Positions 31,170 through 42,885 of a stretch of 64,000 nucleotides of DNA are shown here, piece by piece. The stretch's first letter is position 1; every line of letters starts with the position of its first letter. Below the pieces are notes generated by a model. The model had not been told where the DNA came from and searched no databases. It saw only the letters and a program-made list of their open reading frames with translations. The stretch covers positions 7,626,001-7,690,000 of the forward strand of contig CM035355.1 of assembly GCA_020137815.1 (NCBI GenBank), read 5' to 3'. A program made the translations under genes and the position numbers. This DNA is from Hormiphora californensis (taxonomy: Eukaryota > Animalia > Ctenophora).

Positions 31170-33136
31170 TGTTTTATTTCTCTAAATACGGCATGAGGAG
31201 TATGAAAATAACACTAGGACCTCGATTTACTGGATCGCTCGGTATCGAATGCGGACGGGGAGTATCGTAGGGTGTCAGTGATGACCATATATGGTGTGCC
31301 GATACTGAGGTAACTTATGACTGGTAAATCGGGATCGATGTATTTACTCTTCAAGTGATTGGCAAGTTAGCTGCTCAGGAATGGCATCAAGTTGAATTGA
31401 CCTTAGTCCGCACATCTCATAGCTCAGGTTTTCAGTGCACTGGAAACCGTACAAAAATGCTGTTAATAAAATATTTTCTTTTACATAGTAGCGCTCCAAA
31501 GAGTTCACGCACTGATATAATTCATAGAGTTCCCTTCCTACTACAAGCTTTTCAAGGCATTTCCGTTTGAGGAATCCTCCGACCACTCTAATAGGACACT
31601 CGTTGATGTCCGTAGATATCATTCGCTTTGTTGTTGCGGGTCTTTTAGCTGCAAGAGAGAGTGTGTGAGAGAGTGTGTGTTTTAACCAGAGCCGTGGAAC
31701 TACTGCAGAGGTCCAAATAGTCGTGTTGCGCAACGTGGGGCAGAGCCAGTTTTTGATAAACACCCTTTTTGCTTACAGGTTAGGATTTAATTTTATGTGA
31801 ATAACTAATGTATGTGATGTAATATAAACTCACCACCGTATGGTTTTTTCGACGTTGGGCGTATTGGTGGCCTTGTAGTTTTTTTCCTAGGTTCCGTAAG
31901 TGTTTCTTGTTTCTGGGCGAGTTCTGACTTCCCCGATCTCTCTCATACACCAAACTTTTGTGGTCCGCGTGAAAGGACCAAATCAAAGAAGCCCTATCTT
32001 GAAAAAGTTATAGTTTATTATCGGAAAGATCATACACTGGTCACGAGCTATATGTGCATTCAATTATGTGCATTCAGTATTCATGTGTAGACGTATCAGG
32101 CATCTACGTTCGTGTGGGACTGTGCATGTGAATGCACTATAAAACAGTTGACATTTTATACTTGGTATGGCAGTAACGGGAGCTCTTTGGTTAGGGAGAG
32201 AGGGTCCAAGCAGGTAACCACTGATGGTCTACCAAACGTCATGTCCTTCTCCTCCGTGTATGGATGCCGAAACCAGCTCTCACTTGTCTGTGTCATCTGC
32301 TGCCTTGCACATCCAGGTACTGTCGGTCGTTAGTAAATCACGTCCATATTGGTCCTGGGTACCAAATACTGTGAGGTATCGGCATGAGGTATCAGTGATT
32401 TGCCCACGCGAACGGGAGGTGCGATCAGTGATATACCGGTACACTTTATACAAAAACTACATGGTATGTACTGAACATTTATTTTGCTACATGTATAAAT
32501 TGAGTGCAGTTTTAACTTTATACCTTGATGACACCATATATTCCGGACTTTCCGTTGTTGTTGGTACAGGCAATAGCAAGCAGTTTAACAGAGGGAGAAA
32601 GGTCAACGTGACTTGCCTTATCCCACCTGGAAAATATTGGGTATCTGTTTGTCGCAGAAAAATGTATATGTTTGTTTGTTTATTTTCTTGTTAGCATACA
32701 TATAGTATATACTCACTGTTCTTCATGCTCTGTTTCCACTCTCTCTCCGTCCACATATATCTCTATATCATCATTACAGGTTATGATCAATTTGTATCCG
32801 TCCACTGCAGCACCCACTCCTAAAACAATGAAATTTTAATGTATGAGCGTACTGAACATTCTAATTCCAAGGCTCAAAGACAAAAAACCCTACAACCCTA
32901 CGGTGAGAGATTGCCCTGCACTCGAAAAAATGAATTCGGTCGGTGTACCCTTTTAGGATAAGATGGTAACGGTGATCACATAGCTCCTATACTGCAGGGA
33001 TCACAAACAACAAACAACGGAGGGGTGGGATCAACAGAAAACCTGAATATGTACATAATAGCACAATGAACTTACCTGCTAGTAGAACAGCAACTAAAAA
33101 GATAATCTTCTCCAAGGCACGCTGTAACCCCAACAT
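31170..33136 (-). CDS. Multi-exon secreted protein with a lectin-like/galactose-binding-like beta-sandwich domain; 3' end uncertain
   Basis: Signal exon 33136-33076 MLGLQRALEKIIFLVAVLLA|; spliced GVGAAVDGYKLIITCNDDIEIYVDGERVETEHEEQ|WDKASHVDLSPSVKLLAIACTNNNGKSGIYGVIK|DQYGRDLLTTDSTWMCK; phases compatible. Confidence 0.65.
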
Positions 33137-33972
33137 CGATTGGCATTTCAACAAGCTGCAACCGTCTCAAAAGCGGGGTTTATAAAGAACCTTTATTATG
33201 TAATTCACGTCTCTATTGAAGATGCGAATTAATTTTATAGCTAATGTCGCGTTATCTTAGGGAACTCAACGGCGCCGTTATCTATTATCCAATTGTTTGC
33301 GATTGATTTCTTTGATGCACAATAATATGGGTGGGTGGTTACCCCGAAATTGCTGCGACAATTGGTTATCTTTCCTAGAATTTGACGTGATGATTTTAGT
33401 GGAAGCTGGGGAGCATAAAAAAGAAAAGAATTGCAGCAAAGAAGAGACTTGGGCACGTCGCGCCCCTCATGTTCACACGCCCGTAGGGCGATCCCCTCAC
33501 ATACGGGGCTACGCGGGCAAAGAAGAGACTTGAAAAAGAAAATACAATTACAACCTCTACTACTGTTTATTGATCTATTACTGAATATTGATCCAACAGG
33601 ATTTGCCCATAATCTTTATAACAGGGCCTTATAGGGCCTAAAACCCCAAATTTTATTCATTTATTTTGAACTCCATCGTATTGTAGCAAGCATGCTATTG
33701 GAGTCCCAAAAAAACATGAAGTCGGATTTTTGAAGTTGTCACTCCCCCTCCCCCCCCCCCCTTGGGTGGCATGCGATGTTTTTTTGCACGCCGGAAACTT
33801 TTTTTGGAATTTAGGATAGAAACTACACATCTTTGTGTTTTAGTAAATTTCATAATCTTTCTCATCAAATGTTATTTAAGCCTATCAAACCTAGGAGAAA
33901 ATTTACCAGAATACACTAATACAGAGACCTACTCACCTGAAACTTCAAACTACTGAGAGAATCGTAATGTTA

Positions 33973-34153
33973 CCCAGTCGCTTGTAGTGGGAAAACGGTA
34001 ATGGAAAACGGAGATACGGTAAGAGGACGCGCAACCGTGGCCAGTCAGGGCGCTAGTACGTGTTGAACACATGCACTTTTTACCGTGCGTTATGCAAAGT
34101 GTGCGGCTCATTACTGTATTTCCATTACGGTAATGCGACTACAAGCGGCGCTG
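33973..34153. mobile_element. MITE with TTA target duplication (PIF/Harbinger Tourist-like)
   Basis: TTA on both sides; homologous to 16943-17119. Confidence 0.8.
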
Positions 34154-34954
34154 TTAGCATTTCAAGGAATGCCATTTACAAGGGGTCCCAACTGCATTTG
34201 AAATTACTTGTGTTCTGAATGTCTGAATAAAATCTGGCAAACGCGAGAACTGCTGTAGCTCCCATAAGCTGCAAACCCTCTGAACCTACTCTCGTTTCTT
34301 TCAAATAGGGAGTGCAAGAGTGGTCAGAGCATAGGCTTTGCATTTTATCGCAAAATTTTTCATTAAATCGCAAAAATTCTCACTCCCTCCGCAAGCTATC
34401 CGTGAAGAACAATAGTATTGGAACGTGATTGCAGTGATGAAGATCCCATGATCACTATAGGGGTTACGGTCAATGGACAATGTCATGTACCCGGAAGACT
34501 CCACAGTTATAGTCGAATTTTTTAATCAAGGGACAGGCCGGGTAGGCGGTAAATGTTAACCAGATCTGAGAGAAAACATACGTGCAAAACCACGTTTTTG
34601 TCCATAACTCAGTCATTTCTTTAAAATCCGACTTTATAGAAAAGAACAACTGATTAAAGTAAAACTCAATGGAACGCACTGAATTAAAATTGTTAAAATC
34701 AAAACCACACACCAGCTTGCTATATTCTAAACAGCTTTTTTTTAGAACAATCATAACCCGGCACCTGTATCTATGCTTGCAATTGTTCTGTATAACAGGC
34801 ATAAAAACTACCATGGGCCCTGGCGTCATTGACAGCTGTGGGTGGGGGATAGTGTAAACTGTCAAGCACTCTTTCACAAAGAGAGGATCAAAACTTTCAA
34901 TTTAAGATGAATAAATATACTATTAGAAAACAACAAAAGTCAATTAATCAGCTA

Positions 34955-35924
34955 CTATCGGACAAAGTTGAGAATCAGAGCAATGAAAAGGAGTAGAGTG
35001 ATGCTGGGAGTGAGGTTGGAGGGAGAAGAGTTGCACTCGTGCCCATTGTTGCACGTGTAGATATCACAATTATATCTCCTTGGGTTCTTTCCCCAGATCG
35101 TATCTCCGCATAATTCATCTGAAATAGAGAGTTTTCAGATCTATGAAATGTGAATTTGATATTCTGTCAGGCCAATGCTCTGACCACGGTTCTCGCGAGA
35201 ATAGGGTCAGGCTATGACAGGGGATGTTCTAAATCAGCCGGTACTGTACCGTCTTCAAGCTGGAATCCATCCACACAGCCCCAAGCAGCCCATCGGTAGC
35301 CGTCCCAGTCGTAGTTGACTCTGAAATGAAGTTAAACGTTGCGCTTGTGTAGCTCACACTACCTTTTATATCATCGGATCTATCGATTTGTGAAGGTTCA
35401 TGAACCTTCATAGATCCGATGAAATCCTATATTGATAATCTAGGTACGCTAACCTGTAGCAGTATTCCTGATCTTGGCACAGATATGTGTCATTACAAAG
35501 AGTATCGTGGAGCTGACCAGCACAGTACCTGCATCGCAACCCTTCTGTTATCACTGTGAGGGGAATATATTGTAGTCATTGTAGTCGGCAGCCAATTGTT
35601 ATGTGAAGAAATTGAGAATGAGATACTGCAGTCAGCTGTAGACTGAAGTTGATGAGAAGAAGGCTAAAGATAATGAGAAGAAAATGCATTCTATATGCAC
35701 AACAATTGTTTCAGTAAACGTGGAACTTTTCACCCAAATCTCAATCTCTTCTCAATCCCTTCAGTCTACTGACTGTTGTATCTCATTCAAATGAGAGAAT
35801 GAGAAGAGAAAGAGATACATTCATAGTCTGTCAGGCCAATGCTCCGCAGACAGGTCATAGTAGACTTACCAACGAGAGAACAGAGAACTACACCAGCAAT
35901 TATCAAACCAGTTGTTCGGTTCAT
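34955..35924 (-). CDS. GPI-anchored Ly6/uPAR (three-finger, Quiver-like) protein, 129 aa; exons 35924-35870, 35553-35454, 35320-35250, 35118-34955
   Basis: 390-nt spliced ORF: MNRTTGLIIAGVVLCSLVVITEGLRCRYCAGQLHDTLCNDTYLCQDQEYCYRVNYDWDGYRWAAWGCVDGFQLEDDELCGDTIWGKNPRRYNCDIYTCNNGHECNSSPSNLTPSITLLLFIALILNFVR; 10 mature Cys, terminal CN, hydrophobic tail. Confidence 0.85.
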
Positions 35925-35962
35925 CGTGATTTTATCCTTCCGTCATTTTACAAGTCTCTAGG

Positions 35963-38210
35963 TAGATTCAAGATTCAAAAATTCAAGATTCAAGATTAGT
36001 AAAGAGCACTATTTAAACAGACTAAGTGCAGTTGAAAATTACACAAAATGTTACTAGTAGGATAGAGGTTATGAGAGCGTGTAGCAATCCCAAGATTAAG
36101 GAAAGCAACTCATAGCATCATGATGGGGCAGGGTAGGGGAGTTTAATATTATTCTACTTCAGTTGAGGGGAAGTGTACAAATTATACAAAGGTCAAGGAA
36201 GATCAATATACCTGTTCCAAAGGCCAAAACGTGGAAATGTGAAAAATAGCCTCGACTAAGAAAAGGATTGGACTCTATAGAGCTGTAGTATGAAAGAAAC
36301 TAATGCCATATGGTCCCAAGTGTGTGTATGTACAGGGACACCTGGCGCAGTTCTGAACACGGAGTTCTCAGCTCTTAGAGAAATCTGAGTTATTGCAATC
36401 TGCTTCTCCACTCAATAATTCAAATTGAATGTAGAGGCCCCCTAGAGACCCCTTGAGGCCCCCAGAGGCCCCTAGAGGCCCCTAGAGGCCCCTAGAGGCC
36501 CCCTAGAGACCCCTTGAGACCCCTTGAGACCCCTAAAGGCCCCCTAGAGGGCCCCTAAAGGCCCCCTAGAGGCCCCCTTGAGACCCCTAAAGGCCCCCTA
36601 GAGGCCCCTAGAGGCCCCCAGAGGCCCCCTAGAGGCCCCTAGAGGCCCCCAGAAGCCCCCAGAGGCCCCCTAGAGACCCCTTGAGGCCCCCAGAGGCCCC
36701 TAGAGGCCCCTAGAAGCCCCTAGAGGACCCTAGAGGCCCCTAGAGGCCCCTAGAGGCCCCCTAGAGACCCCTTGAGACCCCTAGAGGCCCCTAGAAGCCC
36801 CCTAGAGACCCCTAGAGGCCCCTTGAGACCCCTAAAGGCCCCCTAGAGGCCCCTAGAGGCCCCCAGAGGCCCCCTAGAGGCCCCTAGAGGCCCCCAGAGG
36901 CCCCTAGAGGCCCCCTAGAAGCCCCTAGAGGCCCCTAGAGGGACCCCTAGAGGCCCCTAGAGGACCCTAGAGGACCCTAGAGGACCCTAGAGGACCCTAG
37001 AGGCCCCCAGAGGCCCCCTAGATGCCCCTAGAGGACCCTAGATTCAAGATTCAAAAATTCAAGATTCAAGATTAGTAAAGAGCACTATTTAAACAGACTA
37101 AGTGCAGTTGAAAATTACACAAAATGTTACTAGTAGGATAGAGGTTATGAGAGCGTGTAGCAATCCCAAGATTAAGGAAAGCAACTCATAGCATCATGAT
37201 GGGGCAGGGTAGGGGAGTTTAATATTATTCTACTTCAGTTGAGGGGAAGTGTACAAATTATACAAAGGTCAAGGAAGATCAATATACCTGTTCCAAAGGC
37301 CAAAACGTGGAAATGTGAAAAATAGCCTCGACTAAGAGAAGGATTGGACTCTAGAGTATGAAAGAAACTAATGCCATATGGTCCCAAGTGTGTGTATGTA
37401 CAGGGACACCTGGCGCAGTTCTGAACACGGAGTTCTCAGCTCTTAGAGAAATCTGAGTTATTGCAATCTGCTTCTCCACTCAATAATTCAAATTGAATGT
37501 AGAGGCCCCCTAGAGACCCCTTGAGGCCCCCAGAGGCCCCTAGAGGCCCCTAGAGGCCCCTAGAGGCCCCCTAGAGACCCCTTGAGACCCCTTGAGACCC
37601 CTAAAGGCCCCCTAGAGGGCCCCTAAAGGCCCCCTAGTGGCCCCCTTGAGACCCCTAAAGGCCCCCTAGAGGCCCCTAGAGGCCCCTAGAGGCCCCTAGA
37701 GGCCCCCTAGAGACCCCTTGAGACCCCTTGAGACCCCTAAAGGCCCCCTAGAGGGCCCCCAGAGGCCCCCTAGAGGCCCCCTTGAGACCCCTAAAGGCCC
37801 CCTAGAGGCCCCTAGAGGCCCCCAGAGGCCCCCTAGAGGCCCCTAGAGGCCCCCAGAAGCCCCCAGAGGCCCCCTAGAGACCCCTTGAGGCCCCCAGAGG
37901 CCCCTAGAGGCCCCTAGAAGCCCCTAGAGGACCCTAGAGGCCCCTAGAGGCCCCCTAGAGACCCCTTGAGACCCCTAGAGGCCCCCAGAGGCCCCCTAGA
38001 GGCCCCCAGAGGCCCCTAGAGGCCCCCTAGAAGCCCCTAGAGGCCCCTAGAGGGACCCCTAGAGGCCCCTAGAGGACCCTAGAGGACCCTAGAGGCCCCC
38101 AGAGGCCCCCTAGATGCCCCTAGAGGACCCTAAAGGACCCTAGAGGCCCCCTAGAGGCCCCTAAAAGCCCCTAGAGGCCCCTAGAGGCCCCTAAAGGCCC
38201 CAGAGGCCCC
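35963..38210. repeat. Tandem duplication of a ~1.08-kb unit: LINE-like 3' end with (AGATTCA)n tail plus a ~10-bp CCCTAGAGGC satellite
   Basis: 35963-37040 is nearly identical to 37041-38210; satellite at 36432-37040 and 37500-38210. Confidence 0.9.
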
Positions 38211-38904
38211 AAATCGAGAAGAAAACATATAATATGGGGCCAGAAATCACTCAAACTTGCTGATTTATCGCAAAAATAAGGTGACCCGAATTAGCCGCTT
38301 TGCCTGTGACCCGAATTACAAACATGACCCGAATTAGACACACTGTTTTATGACGTCATTTTGGTAAATCAATAATGACGTAATTCCTTCAAAAACTTAG
38401 CCAATAAGTGCTGAATTATCCCATTGGATAAAATCATATGTTTTCTTCTCGAAAAAATTCCGCAAATTCACGGGAATACCAATTGAATCCAAAATGGGGA
38501 AATGAACGATATTCCGTATTTCAAATTTTCCCGCCAAATCTTGTTACATTAGAATGGCCCGAATTACAAACAAGTGACCCGAATTACCAACTGACCCGAA
38601 TTACCCCCTCCTACCCTATTGCCCAGAAAATTGAGACATTGCACAAAATGATATTTAAATCTACCAAAGCACATCACTATGTTTGAGCTGGGAGCGTTTG
38701 AAGACAAAGGGGAGGTCTGATCCGAGTGCCCCAGAAAAGTATAATTGAAGGATGCGCGAGAGAATGGGGGCACGAGCAAAGTGGTGATGTACTGCAAATG
38801 CAGCAGGTGGCTGGTATAATACAAAACACAGAGATCTACAGAGTATTATATATACACAATAGAAGAAGCTTGCTCTCCCTCTAAAGAGCGTGTATACAGC
38901 GAGG

Positions 38905-39000
<96 letters not shown>

Positions 39001-39074
39001 TAGAGAGAGAGAGAGCGGAAGAGAGAACGAGAAGCGACGAAGAGCAGAGAGACGGATGACGAGAGAGGAGAGAG

Positions 39075-39120
<46 letters not shown>
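38905..39120. repeat. (AG)n microsatellite
   Basis: Seen directly. Confidence 0.95.
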
Positions 39121-39122
<2 letters not shown>

Positions 39123-39684
39123 GGTAGAGATAGGTAGAGAATGAGAGATTAGAGAATGAGAGAGGAAACAGACACTTGTATTGTACATTTTAAATCTCAG
39201 CTCAACATGTGGTCGCGTGTGGTGAGTATATCTCGAAGTTTAGCCCAGTAAACACACTGCTATATGATCTTTCTCTTCTTCTGGGTTGACTTCCATTTCA
39301 GACAATTATAGAGTCTGGAAGACACACTACCGATTAGAGATCACGTCACCCAAATTACCTCAGCAGCCAGCATTTTTGACTGGCAATGTTTAGGCCCTTC
39401 CAATAATTAATATTTCGACAACAAAGTGTCCAAAACATTGTGATAAGTGATTGTGTTGGTGTTTGACAAACACTGTTTGTGTTTGTTCATTTAGACCGCT
39501 TGAGCCACTCAGTCCGGCTTTGAACTTTTTGTACGGTCCCGCGGGATCCCCGGGGGGACAAATGGTCCAAGCACCGCTCTGGTACCGGCTGCTACACTGT
39601 AGCCTATAACACTGAAGGTACCAGATTGGTGCTGTAGGTCCTATCAGTCTACACGTTTTGCTGATAGCCGTCCTTGAACCGTTC

Positions 39685-40450
39685 GGGCGCGCACAGACTG
39701 TTCATGCGTGATCATGTCCATGCGTGGACAAGATTTTGATCAAGTCACGCAGACTGTTCAAGCTTGATCATCTGATCAAGCTTGGACAGTTAAAACTGAA
39801 ACTTATTCATATCAAATCAAAAACCACTGTACCCGACTAATTTTGATACTCTGAATCACGTAAGCTAGTTTTCAAATCCTTCGGAGGTCGGGAAAGTGTC
39901 CTAATTGCGCATAATTGGGTCTAATTGACCCTACTTACAACTTGTCACCTGGAAATGACGTGAGGGCACTTCTCCGACTAATTTTGATATGCTGAATCAC
40001 ATAAGCAACTTTTCCAAGCCCCAGAGGTCGGGAAATGTCCTAATTGAGCAATTAAGGTCAATTAGACTCAATTATACTCAATTAGGACACTTTCCCGACC
40101 TCTGGGGGCGTGGAAAAGTTGTTTATGTGATTCAGCGTATCAAAATTAGTCGGAAAAGTGCCCTCACATAAGCGTCTATTATTTTCAGGTGACAAGTTTT
40201 AAGTGGGGTCAATTAGACCCAATTATGCCCAATTAGAACACTTTCCTGACCTCTGACAGATTTGAAAACTAGCTTACGTGATTCAGAGTATCAAAATCAG
40301 TCTGGTACAGTGGTTTTTGCTGATATGAATAAGTTTCAGTTTTTACTGTCCAAGCTTGATCAGATGATCAAGCTTGAACAGTCTGCGTGACTTGATCAAA
40401 ATCTTGTCCACGCATGGACATGATCACGCATGAACAGTCTGTGCGCGCCC
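39685..40450. mobile_element. 766-bp palindromic MITE, GGG...CCC ends, 3-bp TSD TTC (PIF/Harbinger-like)
   Basis: GGGCGCGCACAGACTGTTCATGCG...CGCATGAACAGTCTGTGCGCGCCC; TTC on both sides; inner inverted repeats ~39961-40168. Confidence 0.88.
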
Positions 40451-40463
40451 TTCGTCCCATTTT

Positions 40464-40621
40464 CATAAAGTCGGATTTTTTGAAACTGTCACCCCAAAAT
40501 GACCGCGCATGTGAAATTTATCAATTTTGACGCGCACACCACACGTTAACATGTGATGTGACGCGCAAAAACATTCCGCGCATGAAAAGGGGGGTGACAG
40601 TTTCAAAAAATCCGACTTTAT
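40464..40621. mobile_element. Small MITE
   Basis: TIR ATAAAGTCGGATTTTTTGAAACTGTCACCCC; related end at ~33716. Confidence 0.75.
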
Positions 40622-40646
40622 TTGAGGATCGGCGGAGACATTTCTA

Positions 40647-40887
40647 AAGGAAAACCCAAGCAACAATAGCCCTCACTTGGGTTTTGTGAAATTTCCCACG
40701 GTCATTGCTCCACCCCCTGATGAGATAGAGACTTGAAATTTTGTAGTGAGGTAGAACTCGACATGATCTATCCAACTACAATTTGTAGTACAAAATTTCA
40801 AGTCTCTATCTCATCAGGGGGTGAAGCAATGATCGTGGGAAATTTCACAAAACCCAAGTGAGGGCTATTGTTGCTTGGGTTTTCCTT
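40647..40887. mobile_element. Fold-back MITE with ~100-bp arms, TA-flanked (Tc1/mariner- or Kolobok-like)
   Basis: AAGGAAAACCCAAGCAACAATAGCCCTCACTTGGG and its reverse complement. Confidence 0.85.
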
Positions 40888-41788
40888 TACCCCGTGGGCC
40901 CGTCCAATTTCAAGTGCCAATGGAGGCATGTGATAATGATGTGGGACAGTCGACATGTGACGGGGACCGCCGCGGGGACGACATGGACTTCCTCGCGCGG
41001 ACCTTGAATCGTCCATCATGGCTCACGGGAGGTGCGCGCGGTTTACATTCGCGCCATCCTTCCCATACAACTCTCCCCGCGCCCTACAACTTCTCACCCT
41101 GTCTACACGTTTTCTGCACAAATCTATCCGCACAGATTCTCTCTCCACTCACCCCTTTTCCCTGCCACGTCACCGGACTGTGCGTGTTCCAGAAGGTGTG
41201 GAGCTACATAGAACATTGTTACCCGAATAGTGGCGCATCCGGTAGAATATTCTGGAAAGGTGTAGAACCTGCACCCTGGATTCTGCAGCATAAAGGTATT
41301 AGGGCGTTTTAATTGATTTACAAGGAAAGGAAAAGGAAAATGGTCTGAGTTTCCTGTAAATTGTGGATAAGTTGTATTTACATTTTACATAGAACAAAAA
41401 AATACAGCCTTTAACCTCTTGGCACCCGCAGCTACAGAGTTAAATAGTTTCAAATTAGATCAAAATCTGTCTGGCGGCGCCGACCCGATCTGAGTGCACT
41501 GTCATGAGAATCAAAACGGGGTCCGGCATCGCCAGACAAAGAAAGATGGGCTGCAGTTCAGCATAGGCTACATATCAAAACTTCTCCTTTACTCGGCTTC
41601 TATTCTCCCAATACAAAAGGTATGAAAAATAAAAATAAGTTAAATGCACTGTTTCAATTAAATGTGATATTATGCGTATAAAAGTGTCTATGAAATTATA
41701 GTATAGTAGTGTTATAGTTTATTTGAAAATTTCCCTTGATATAATAATTAGAAGTGTGTCAAAAAATAAAGTTCATTCAAAAGTTCCT

Positions 41789-42833
41789 CTAAGGATCGTT
41801 GAAACTAACAAGAATGTATCTGGTTCCTTTTGTGATCTCCTTACCCTCGTGGAAGTGTGTCAGCCGACCCGGGTGAATTAGAGTCCATCCAATCTGTAGG
41901 AGAGGGTGGTTAACTTGGGCGGTGTGGTTTGTAACCACTGGTTATACTGGGCAGTGTGGTTAGTAACCACTGGTTACATTATAGGATTTTGAGGGATTTC
42001 AAATTGAGAAAGCTAGGGTTCAATTGGGTTAGAGAATATGGGGCATATTAGGTCACGTCCTGAACAGGTGGCCAGATCATTAATGTCTCTAGAATTGCTG
42101 CAACCCTAGTGAAAGGCATGACAGAGAAGTTAAAGAAGAAAAAGGGAGAAAACTAGAGAAAAAGAGGAACTGACAAGATGAGTTTTAAGTGAGCAGCATG
42201 AGAGAGAAAAAGAGAAACTGACAAGATGAGTTTTATGAGAGAGTACTTACATCAACATCCCTGACGAGACATTTCTGTCGAATGAAGTAGCTGCCACCAC
42301 CCTGAAAAGTGAAATATGTGTCAAATGAGGGTGGGAATGGGAAGATCTATTGTAGTATCTCAGTTCTCAGAAAATATTGGGTTGATAAAGGCGGTTTCTT
42401 CTTCCACCCAAGCTCGAGTTACACACTTCCAATTAGCGTAAATCAACCAATCAAGCCAATTAACACACACTCTGCAGCAATTCTATCTCTTTGTCTAATT
42501 CGCTGCTTGCCGGTAAAAGCTGCCGCTCTTTTCGAGAAGGATATATTCTCTAGGATATTTTCTAGAGTATGTTCTAGATGAAAGGGAGGGATCATTGTCC
42601 AATGTCCAATCAAAACATGCCACCACGGACAGCTTACTGCTGCAGTAGTATAGCTCTACAAACACACACTCCTCTAAGAGGAAGGATAAGGGGGTGTATG
42701 GAGCGAGCGAGAGAGAGAGCAGAGCGAGAGAGAGCGAGAGAGATGTGCGAGAGATAGAGCTCGCCTCGAATACGCTCTAGCTGGCGCGCTCGCTTAGAGC
42801 GATATCTCTATTCTGCGCCGTGACTCTATCCTA

Positions 42834-42885
<52 letters not shown>

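Noticed and set aside
40715-40742. CTGATGA...GAAA hammerhead-like core
   Set aside because: No convincing stem II or flanking stems; lies in a MITE arm
40875-41312. 145-aa GC-rich ORF
   Set aside because: Starts inside a MITE end, has no recognisable domain, and no consistent splice model was found; left unresolved
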